Origin: Pelomyxa schiedti
Taxonomy: Eukaryota > Protista > Evosea
Length of the DNA stretch: 64,000 nucleotides
Assembly: GCA_020536535.1 (NCBI GenBank)
Contig: JAHLWZ010000636.1
Span: 135,427-199,426, forward strand
Direction: 5' to 3'
Part shown: positions 48,136 to 58,589 of the stretch, in pieces
How positions within the stretch are numbered: the stretch's first letter is position 1
Layout of the letters: every line of letters begins with the position of its first letter
Program-made: the position numbers and the translations under genes
The notes under the pieces: generated by a model
What the model was told of the DNA's origin: nothing
Databases searched by the model: none
What the model saw: the letters and a program-made list of their open reading frames with translations, nothing else

Positions 48136-51100
48136 TCAGTCGGTCTCCATAGACTGGTCCCATAGGTCAACAGAGGCCTTTAATTATGGTTAAGAAAGGC
48201 CATGCCAGGAATGGATTTACCTGCAGAAATGAAACAACTTCTGGCAAATCCTGTGGAAGTCCTGTTTGTGCCTGGATTAACTGTTCCACTGTGTTGCGGG
48301 TTACCATTCTATAGATGGTTGCATTGTGTCCAAAGCCCAATCTCTAAAAATCGCGTTAGTGTTTTTATTTCGTGCACTGGGCTACACACCACGTTGTTAT
48401 TCAGTAAAACTCTACAAAAATAAGTGTGAATGTGATTATTGATTTTGCTTTTCCCTCATACCTGTCAAAGATAATGAGAGTGTCGATTCTATGCAATAGG
48501 GGAAGCTGCGAAGAGAGTGCATTGGCATGAAGTAATGTAACAAATGGGATTATGGTTGGTTCCGGTTCCTGTGAAGAGCCGCGTGTGTAAGTGTGCCCCC
48601 GGAATATTATGAAGTCCTGTGCCATTTTAGTTATATAAAAAGATACAATGTAATTAAAAACACCTCCAAAATATCTAGAACTCGTTCTGCTTGGGATATT
48701 ATCAATACCTTAGACTCAATCAGTACGGGAATGAATGAGAACGACAGGAAATACCTGCGCCTCGGGTTTGGTTGAGGAGAGAAGCTTGTCAAGAGCCGAT
48801 AATTTCCCAGATTCTGAAATTAAAAGAGAGCTTATGTCGTGAGGATTAGTCAGTCCCTCGCAGGAGCTCTGCTCCAAGTTGGGTAGCAGCCATGGGTGGC
48901 TACAGCACTGTTTTTCGTGTTTTGTGTCACGAAGTTCAAGAACTGACTAAATAATAATGGAACCTTCATTAAATTCACAAGCAGCCCCAGTAGTTGTGTA
49001 TGGGGATCGGTACTCTTAAAGGTTTTTAGGAATTGTGAGTACACCTTTTTTTGGGTAGAAGATAGCTCGACTGTCATCAACTGCTCAACCTTAACGCATA
49101 AGATTAAGAGATGTTGATTCCTTTTACAGAGTTGATAGTCGGGGGCAGAGGACTTGTTCTTCTTAATGTTCGCTCCGAAATAAATTTGTCAATTCCTCTC
49201 AGCATATCGTCTGTGGCTGGTTCACTGAAAGGGAATCGAATGGGGTCCAGCATATGCGCAAAAATTCTCTTCTCCCCAATACTCTAAATGCATTTATGTA
49301 CTGTTTAAACCGAATGTGAATTCTTACCTGGGAAGAAGAATTGCAAATAAGGAGAAGATAATTTTTGTTCACCGAGTTGAGACACTGCATAACTAGACTT
49401 TCAGGATTTTTCAACCTATGGCACTGTTATATTCCGAAACTCTCTAGGAAAAATTACCTCTCAGCTTGGCTGACTATCATACACTCCCACGGCACACCCC
49501 TCAGTATTGCTCTTTCCGCAACAAAATGCTCATAAGTTGTCAATAGAACATGGAATCTTATTTCAAAGTTGGGAGATGTGCAGTCTCCTCCAATGCAAAG
49601 AGTACCTGAATCTGGTTATAGTAGCGTCATCAGAACAACAAGGAGAATCATCTATCCATTGTGTCCGCTTCTTTTCTTCACGCACAGCAGAACTTCCATA
49701 AAGCAGTAAGCATCTCAACTGTGGTGCCCAGTGTTCAATTTCCTGAGACCACTGAGAGAGCGTGCCCAAAGTGGTAACAATCAAAGAGGGATTTGGCACC
49801 CCTTTCTCATTTCCAGAATATACTTTACCCAGCAACCCAGTTGCTTGAATTCCTTTTCCAAGTGCTTCCTTGTAGCAAAACCAGAATTGAGAGTCCCATC
49901 TTCTTGTGCAACACAAACCTCATCAGCCAGAATTGAATTTGTTCTCTTGCTCCAACACCCAAATAGCCACTCTATTCCCTCCACCTTTTACAGGTTAGCC
50001 AAACTATATTTTCTTTATGCTCCCATCATCGTAACGGGCATTGCCACCTGCGCGGCCAACAAATCACCCTGCGCTCTCGAAATTGGTGCCGCCGCGGCCA
50101 TTTCCCAACCCAAGAAGTAGATAATAATATGTATGTATATTTTTACAATTTTGAGGGTTTCTCAGCGTCCAAAGACTGAGGGCGGTGAGTCACAAGGGGT
50201 CCACTGAGGTTGCAGAGGCATGGGACTCAGAATTTTGAACTTGTTGCTGCTGTTTGTATTTTTGGATCAATGGAGGCAAAAGTGAGTAGCACCAGCTGAG
50301 GGAATTCAATTGATTCACAACTGCTGCAAGGACATGCTCCAGCATGTGCAGTGTGTTTTCGTTTCTGTCAGGGAGTGGGAGATTGTTGAGTGCCACTGTT
50401 CCGCGGACAAGTATATCAGGGGTTTCTGAGCTCTGATCATAAAGAACGGAAGCAATTGCGTTGAATAGTGCTGCTGCGTTGTCACGGCCTTCATTACTCC
50501 CTAAAAAGGAGATAATCTCAGGGTCACAGGACATTTTTTTACAAAGGACCGAAAGCCTGATGTCAGTAATGTTGGTATCCTCTCCTCTGTGATTCATCAG
50601 TTGGGACATTACTTCTCAATTAAAAAAAAAACCTTTTTCCCAGTGCAGAGAGTAAAGTGGGAATGAAATCAATAATTCGCACTTGAGGGTTCTGCGACAG
50701 TATTGCCGGTGCAGGCTATGAAGGTTAGGAAGGTTAATTTGGGAAACAGAACAAATACCGTAATTGGGTCGAGCGATTCATTAAGAGTACAAGGGGCTTC
50801 TTTTAGTAACTCACTGAACTCGTCCACTGGGGAAGGGTTGCTCTGTTCATGCGCAAGAAATAAAGTGGGGGAACATGATGCCATCTCAGGGATATCTTCT
50901 GAAAGACATGGGGATCCTGGGTCTAATTGCAGCTCTGGTACTAAGCCAGATGGTGGGAGGAATTGCGGCGACTGATTCTCTGCCTCAACATGTGGTGAGT
51001 GACTAAGTGGTGGCAAGAAGTGAGGTGGTTGAGGTCCTGGGATCCGGAGCTGATTTCCATGAGGCTATATAATTACTGTCAAAGGACCGAAAAAGAGGAG

Positions 51101-51864
51101 CCAGCAAGCAAAAGATAGAGGAAAATAAACAAACATAAGTAACAACAACAATAGTAAATAGGAACCGTGGAATCACTGAGTAGTCGTGGCTGCAAACTCA
51201 GAAGTGAGGGCTTCCCTCTCCCTCTTCCACCGAGGCTCTGAGTCTGAGTCACAGACTGATTCTTTGGCTGCTGCTCAGAGCCGCAGCAACGGACGCACCA
51301 CGAAGCGTCGCTTCTAGTTGTGGTCGACATCGCGGCGCTGATGCAGCTGACATAAGACGGCGGCAAAGGCGGCGACGACGGCAAGGACGGCGGCGACGCG
51401 GACGAAGGCGAAGGCGGAGGCGTCCGCGGCAGCCGGGCATCACCCAGTCCAGGCGTCGTCGCGGGGCCGTTGCCGCACCGAACAGAGGTGATGGGGGTCT
51501 TGCCCGGGACCACAGGGGGAAGCTGCGGAACTGTCTGCGGGGGGTTACGGGATTCGGGGGGCGGCCTTGGGTTCTCTGGGCTGTTTTGTTTTTTCTTGGT
51601 TCTGCTGCTGTTGCTGGGAGGAGTGGTGAGCTGGGGCTGGGGGTGGGGATGTGGATGGGGGGAAGACTGGCGTGGGCCCTCTGACTCGGTTTCTTGGGCC
51701 CATGGAGGCCGGGGTGTGTTGCTTCGTGAGGGGCGTGTGTTTCCCTCTGGAGCGAGACGGTGCTGTTTTGGTTTCATAGTGTAACTGGCCCTACGCTGGA
51801 TACTGCTTGGATCGAGCGTGGTGGTACTGGGCTGGCTCACTTCCTTAGTAGTTTGTTGACTCAT
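48136..51864 (-). CDS. SNF2/CHD-like helicase-fold protein with degenerate catalytic motifs
   Basis: VEGIEWLFGCWSKRTNSILADEEALGKGIQA, SLIVTTLGTLSQWSQEIEHWAP, FHVLLTTYE..WECMIVSQAERLKNPES, VELSSTQKKVY, LMKCCSHPWL, SGKLSALDKLL..VLIISQAERVLDILE. N-terminal exons and both ends are approximate. Confidence 0.75.
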
Positions 51865-52189
51865 GCTTGTGTTGGTTGTTTGTATTTGAGTGGTAGTTTG
51901 TTTTAAGTGACAGTGTGTGGTGTTGCGGCTTTTAATATTATTGCCCTCGCCGGTTGTTAACTCAAGTTTGTTGGTTTTATTTCCTTGTATTTTCCCCCGG
52001 AAGTTCCGGCGATGATAGTTCCACAATCCATTCCTAGAAAACAACATAGTTACGGGCTGGTGATTATTGTATTCCCAATATCTTAACTTGAAGTGCGGAC
52101 TCCCGAGAGAACAAAGTAGGCAACGAAGTTGCTGAGCAAAAAAAATACAAAATTTATTATCTTACAGTATGAAGAATTTCTCGTGTATG

Positions 52190-53855
52190 TTACAAAGGCC
52201 CTGGGTAGGGAGTCAGAGAACGCAAATTGTCGAGGAATGGTGACAACAGTTCGCGGCTCTTGGCGAGATGTTCTCCTTGATTTTCCAATGATTCGTGGAT
52301 TTGGATGATATTGTACAGCGCGGTATCGTTTCTCTCAGTGAGGGGGAGATAAGGGAGTAGTTCAATTCCCTTACGAATTATGTAGGGGTCTAGGCGGTGC
52401 TTCCAAAGATTGTGCAGAATGGTATTGACTAGTGCACCAGTGATATCACGTCCATGTCGGTTTTTAAAAGAGCGGAACTGCCCTTTTAGGATAATGTGAA
52501 GAAGGGTATCGAGGCAGTTGAAACTTATAGTGGTGTCATCTCCTCTGTTGTGAAGAATAAGTAACCTTGTTGCCGTGGCTAGATTTTTGTTTTAAAGCCA
52601 CAAACACGGACCTTTTTTTTATGACATTTATCAATCCCGAGATCAATTCCCATTTCCGATCCTTTAGCTCCTCACGGGTCATCTTCTGTATTGCTCGCAG
52701 TTTCACCTGAAGATGAAGATTTACCAGGTAAAAGGTACCACAGAAAGAAATACCACAATTGAAAGACGGCCTTGTGGATCGAGGCTATGTGAGCTTCCTA
52801 TATCTTCCGCGAGTTCAACAACCACGGAGGAAAGCTTATTGTCCGATACTCCGTTAGAAATACAACTCTCTTTATCTACGGGTGTCAGAGCTTGGAAAAT
52901 ACGAGTTAGGGCTACCAGCACAAAATGCTTGTGGGGAAAGGTCTGCAGAGCCGATGGGCTGAAGGATAGGTTCTGGAGAAGATTGAGGAAATGGCTTCGG
53001 CTGTGGCCGTTGTATAAGACCTAATTCCCCTGGTCTACACTGTGTTGGTGATTTATATGTAGGGCTTGTTGGTTGTCCTCCTAGAGTCGAGGTCTGAGCT
53101 CCAGGAATAAAGTTAGGAAAGAAAAAAAAAAGAGAAGGAGAAGAAAATGGGAGAATAAGGCGTCACAAAAACCTGGCGATTCCCATGTGCTAGTGTCTTC
53201 TTTGGCAGAGGCGGCGACTGGTACCCGAAACTACTGTCCTGTTCCATATTCGTCCATGATCGCACAGCACAAGAATCAGCCGAGAGGCTATACGGCACAT
53301 CAACTCTTGGCATACTCTTTGGAATCGCGGCAGGAGCAGTGGCAGTACAAGCAGAAATATAACAAGCCGAAGCCTTTGGCTTACTCGACGTCACGCCGAG
53401 TGGCATGGAAACACTAGAAGGAAGTGCCTGAGAACACGACGGTTGCGTTTCGGCGTATTTTCTTTTCTCGTGGTAGTTGTAGCTGCGCAAGTCGGAGCAC
53501 CGCGTGGCCGTGACCGACGCTCCTTGTAGTATCTGAGGCAGTTCCGCATACGACGGTTCCACAGCGGTAGTAGTCGTCGCCGATGTTTTCGGTGTGGTGC
53601 CATGGAGGCTCACGTCGCGGAGGTTGTCTACACTGGTTGCATTGTTTGCATTTGCATTGGTTGCACGGTGTGTGCGGGGCCGTGTCTCGCGCGGGTATTG
53701 GCTTCGGCCTCCGTGTGTTGTTTCTGGTGCGTTGTTGCCGTTTTCGGGAGCGAGAAAAATAGAACTTGTGGTCTGGTGCAGCTCCCGAGGACGGTAGTAC
53801 GATCATGGGAAGAGGGGCCCGGCTGCCGTACGATAAGTGTGTTCGGTTGGCGCAT
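52190..53855 (-). pseudogene. Orphan family gene X (low-complexity N-terminus + helical C-terminal domain), frameshifted near the start
   Basis: Near-identical to the start of X' at 62586 (MRQPNTL) but 4 nt shorter at about 53770 (agacc vs acccagccc), which shifts the frame. The C-terminus RGDDTTISFNCLDTLLHII..HGRDITGAL..KGIELLPYLPL is homologous to gene Y. Confidence 0.6.
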
Positions 53856-56404
53856 TAGACCCGAGTTGTGGGTTTCTGTGGTTTTTTTTTTTTTATTGTG
53901 ACAGTGGATTATTCTCGGGCCGATGGTGAGGCCATCGGTTTTTTCTTCAGAAGAGCCCAAAATTGGGGGTCAAATAACTCCAATTTCTTGGTTTTTGACA
54001 CAACGATGCGACAATTTCGATTTTTTGACACAGCGCTGTAGATTGTACCATTCTGTGAAATCTGTTACTAACATGTGGTCCGGAGCCAAGGTTTTAACAC
54101 TTTCGGGGTCGTTTTGGCTGAGGTGCTGTGGCAGTCTCCTTGGGAATGGGTGCCACTTGTGAAGCTGAAGGTCTGTGTTTGTGTGGCTGTTGCTGAGGAA
54201 CAGCTTGTGCTTGCTTTTCTTTGATACTGCTGTTTTTGTTGTTTCCATGTTTCCAGTTTTTGCAGCCCAGTCAGAGATGACTTTCCTGCAAGCTGTAGGT
54301 CTGTGTCAGTGAGATGCAGTGCAGCTTTTAACACTGAAGTTGTTGTGGTTGTCACAGAAGGTGGAGTTTGATGTACTTCTTGAACACCACATGTTGGTAG
54401 GAGTTGTATGTCATCTCTTAGAGGTGGTGGAGCTATTGGTACCAACACAGCAAGAGGAACTGTATGTTTTGGTGGGGTAATCTTTGGTGAAGCAAGACCA
54501 TACATTTAAGTAACAACTCAGAAAAGAAACTCTGCTCTTCAGTGACACAAGAATGAAACAACAGTTTTTTTTCAGCTGCTTTCAGTTGGTCATATGACCA
54601 ATGAGCAGCTGCCCTGAGCACAAATTCATACACAATCTTCAATCTTCTCTTTCTGAGTTGTTGCATAAAATGTATGGTCTTGCTTCACCAGAGAAGAGAT
54701 TACCTTTTGTGGAATTCCAATTTTCAGAAGAAAGCTTTGGTGGAAGAGGAGGTGGGGTGTCAAAGGTGTTGAAATGTGGAGCCGATGTGAAATTTTAGGA
54801 CAATGGTGACTGTGGATGTGTGTTAGACCTCAAAACTATCGTACCACAACTTCTTATACACTGCCACATACCACAACAGTTTGCCCACAATCAAACAGGT
54901 TTTTTGTAATCAATTTAGGAGAATGATACAATCTGGTCCGGGTGCTGGAAAATTGTACTTTTTTCCAGCACCCATCCGGTTACCGCCACTTTTTGGGTTT
55001 CCTCAGTCCCAGTGCCTCCTTTTTCACTGGGAACCAAGGGAAACACTGCTCACAGCTCTGTACTACCTTCTCCCCCTGGTTCGACACGATTTTGACACCA
55101 TCCAGACCAGATCCAGAATTTTCTTGTGTTTTTTGGGTAGAGTTGGTTTGACCCCCAAAAATAAACAGGCAGAAAACTAAACAGCCGGTTCCTGCTTTTT
55201 TTCTTTTGTAAAACTCGTGGACTGGTGTCAGCAACCGTGGGTTGGGTATTCCTCAGTCGTGACTCCAATATCTGTCTGGGATGGTCATTGGCTGGCAACA
55301 GCATTGTGTTGGCAACTGGTGTGCCCTCGTCGATGCCACAACGCACTCAAGACGGAGAAAAGGAAGAATTGCCAAAATAACAAAGGCGGAAGGTTTTTTT
55401 TATTCATAATCTTGCTTCCTTGACGATCAAGGAATGGAGATGGGATTCAGCTGATAGTTTTGGAGCAAAGATGTCAAATGGTTGTAGCTGCATACGAAAA
55501 ATTGCAATTGAGTGCTCAGCGTTTCGATGAGTGATTTGTGGATTTCGATGAGATGCAACAGTGTGGCTTTGTCGGTCTCATTGAGTGGCAGACGACAGAG
55601 TACTTCGAATCCTTTAACAAGTACGTCGATGTTTGCGCGGTGCTGAAAAAGAGTGCCAAAAATGGCTCGGACCAAAGCACCGGTGAGGTCATGTCCATTG
55701 CTGTATTTAAACTGGCAGATCTCTGTGTTTTCGATAATACACAAAAGAGTAGACAGGCAGGCCGAACATGTAGCGGGATCATCGCCTCTGGTATGGTGAG
55801 GAATATGTTACTCACGAGATTTTTAATCCGAACCCTGTTTGTATCGCCGTGGTAATAATGTGGACCAAGTCGTGACATTGAACCAAGTCGTCTTGCACTT
55901 TAGGGTCCCGGGAACGGATGTTGTTCAGTATACGCTATGACAATTAGGAAGAGAAAATTTGGTGCAATCTCAACAATACCACGATTGGATTCTCTGGTTC
56001 AGGTCGCAGAATTGGTGTAGGAATACGACCGGATCGTGTTACTGCGTCGTGGAGTTGGTCGGCCAGGGAGCAATATTTCTTTTTTTTTCCCAGGGTTAGA
56101 AGGAGCATCAGATCAGGATTCAGATACCCCGTTAGAAATGCATCTGGCCCTTGGGCTTAATTCGAGACTTGGCATTGAATTATATTTATCCGCGAGTGAT
56201 AATGGCGGCAATTTCACTGGTCCGCGCTGTGGTGATTGATGCACAGGTTCCCGGTTTTGTGGATACACCTTCGCAGCCTGATGCTGCTGTCCAAAGAGTA
56301 ATATTAAGGAGCTGAAGGGAAAAAAAGAGCGAGAGAGAATAGGCATGGTATTATCACGCATAATAATAAATAATAAACTTGAAGGAGTACCAAAGGTGCT
56401 ACCT
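53195..56404. repeat. Segmental duplication, copy 1 (matches 61928-64000 apart from the C2 insertion and small indels)
   Basis: Near-identical sequence by eye from gtcttctttggcagaggcggc to caaaggtgctacct. Confidence 0.92.
53964..55157. mobile_element. Element C2: second copy of the TG...CA TIR element, 5-bp TSD AAAAT
   Basis: TGGGGGTCAAA...TTTGACCCCCA with AAAAT at 53959-53963 and 55158-55162. The empty site gcccAAAATacacagg lies at 62751-62755 in the duplicated block. Confidence 0.92.
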
Positions 56405-56954
56405 TCTTCTCCGACGAACACTTGGACCTAAAAAGGCTGCGTCGCTCCGCAACCCGCGACGTAGTCCCCGTCTCGCCAAAATCAGCCGAGTGGCGAATCG
56501 GCACATGAGGTCTTGTCTTACTCGTAGTAGTCGCGGTAGTAGCAGCTGTCAAACGAGTAGAAGCAGGAGTTTTCGTATCCGGGGCATCAACAGGAATACG
56601 TGCTTGAGAAGGCGGCGTTGGTCCACCGTAGTGGTCAGTTATGCCGCCGTTGCATTCGTCAGAGCACCATGTGGACGTCACCGAGGATCCTTCTTGTACT
56701 CGAGGCAGGGACGTAGACAGTTTGGGAGACGCATAGGGCGTAGCCGTGCCGTTGTTCTCGTTGTTTGCATTATTTACACCGTTGGCGCTGCTTCTCCCTC
56801 GTGGGTTTGTTGTTTCGGTTCCTGTTACGGTAGCCCGCGTAACAGATAGCAAATTTGATTTCCAGGGCCCCGGGCTATTCCTGACTTCCGGAGTAAGTTC
56901 CGCTGAAGGGGTTCCCTGTGTCAACAATTCTTTACGGGTGTTCCTTGGCATCAT
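55427..56954 (-). CDS. Orphan family gene Y (paralog of X)
   Basis: MMPRNTRKE..QEGSSVTSTWCSDE..CISNGVSES..GDDPATCSACLSTLLCIIEN..NGHDLTGALV..HRANIDVLVKGFEVLCRLPL..IEIHKSL; shares these motifs with X. Confidence 0.65.
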
Positions 56955-57299
56955 TCGACTCGTGTTCGGTTTGTTGTCCTTGGTTGTTGTGTTTTTTTTT
57001 GTTTATTTGTTTGTTTTCTTCTTTCAGATTTTCGCAGTTTAATCGGACCTTTTTTTGTCAACCGCAGAAACACTGATCCACTCGTCGACCTTGATATTCG
57101 GCTGTTCCGCTTGCGGACAAACTCAGAAGGCACCTTTCAAAGAAGGAAATGTACATCTGAGATTACATGAATTTCAGTTTCAGGTTTTCTGTTGAAAAAT
57201 GAGGATCTTCTTTCAAAGTACAGGAAGAAAGGTATGGGAAGCCTTTTAATTACAGGAAGGCACAGAGTACAGTGCGTTTTGGGGTGGCGGAATGATTTT

Positions 57300-58371
57300 T
57301 CAACAACAGCCTGTGGGGTTTTTGGGTGGGGCGTCTAGTACAATTTGGGGTGCGGTTGTTTGTGTGGGTGCTACGTCAGTGTGTTCCATTATATAGGAGG
57401 CAATGTGTGTAAGTGCCTGGGTTATTCCGGGGTGCTCATCTTTTTTTGCACTGGTGTAGTACCTTGGTGCATGTTAGTCCATCGTTACTGTTTGTGTTTG
57501 TGTTTATTGTGAATGCCAGACAAACCATGCAAGGAAGTTATTGTCAGCCGCAAAAGAGGCAATTTCTTGCTCAGTGACAGCAGCTCCTTCTAGGTCGCAC
57601 TTGAGGGTAGTTTATCAATAATACATCACCCACCCAAAAGGTGTAACCTTGTTTGCTAGCAGTATGACCGGTATTGGCGTGTCATCTGACCATTTTACCT
57701 GGTCCCAATTAGTGTATCAGGCTTCACCCGGGCATTACAAACCTTGGAATCGATGTCCGTTTTCCAATCAAGGACTCTCGTAAAACTTAATCGGTTTCTG
57801 CATTTTTGTTATGTAGGGTACACCCATGGTGCTCGTGCTCACGTCATATCAAAAACAATAAATGCTCCATCGGATCCTCTGAAAAATACCTAAATATAAA
57901 GATTACACGAACGGACTCAAAGTGCCTGGCAATCATACTCTTTGTAGGTTACTATATCTCTCCTGTCCTAGTGTTCCCAAAAAGAGAGTAGATAAGTGGA
58001 AATTAGGGTTTTTTGGCAGCTTACCGGCTATATCCCACATTTGAATTTTTACAGGGTGATTTGTGACAACCATATCTTTAAGATGGAAGTCTACACCAAC
58101 CTTTTTGCACACTTATTTATCGGTTTCAGTACATACTCAATATGAAATTATAATTTGGGCTATTCAAATACAGTTTGCTTGTAATCACTGGAAAATTGAT
58201 TGAGCACAACTCTCCTGATGAGGCACGTTTTTCCTATTGCGATCGTTTGAAAACGCCGAAGCACCAAAAAAAAAAAAAAAAAGCACCTGCACCGCCTTCA
58301 CCAACAACAAGAATTTTAAAAGTGAGTGGTCCCTGCTCGCTGTCGTCCACGTCGTTGCCTGTGTCGTCCAT
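57300..58371 (-). CDS. RAB32: Rab32/Rab38/Rab29-family GTPase (not in the ORF track)
   Basis: Spliced: MDDTG..FKILVVGEGGAGKTCLIRRVVLNQFSSDYKQTVGVDFHLK..MWDIAGQERYSNLQRVFFRGSDGAFIVFDMT..SFTRVLDWKTDIDSKVKWSDDTPIPVILLANKCDL..WYYTSAK..TGCC*. WDIAGQE is diagnostic for this subfamily. Confidence 0.92.
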
Positions 58372-58589
58372 CACCACCTCAGCACGAAGTTTGTCTTTAT
58401 TTATTCCTCAAAATGGCCCGTATCTTCCACAAACTTTCTGTTCCCCGCCCCAGAGATTAAATCAAGAAAAATTGCTGGTCGGCAGCAGATTCCTCGACGC
58501 CACTTCCCTGCTCAGGTCCGGGATTTTTTCCTGGTGCTGCCTCAAACTCCCCAGCTTTCGTTCACTTTCCACTTTCATCAAATCGCGAA

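Noticed and set aside
53524-53536. GTAGTATCTG resembling the U2 snRNA branch-pairing sequence
   Set aside because: The flanks do not match U2 and the site lies within coding sequence of gene X. No tRNA, snRNA or rRNA was recognised elsewhere by eye.
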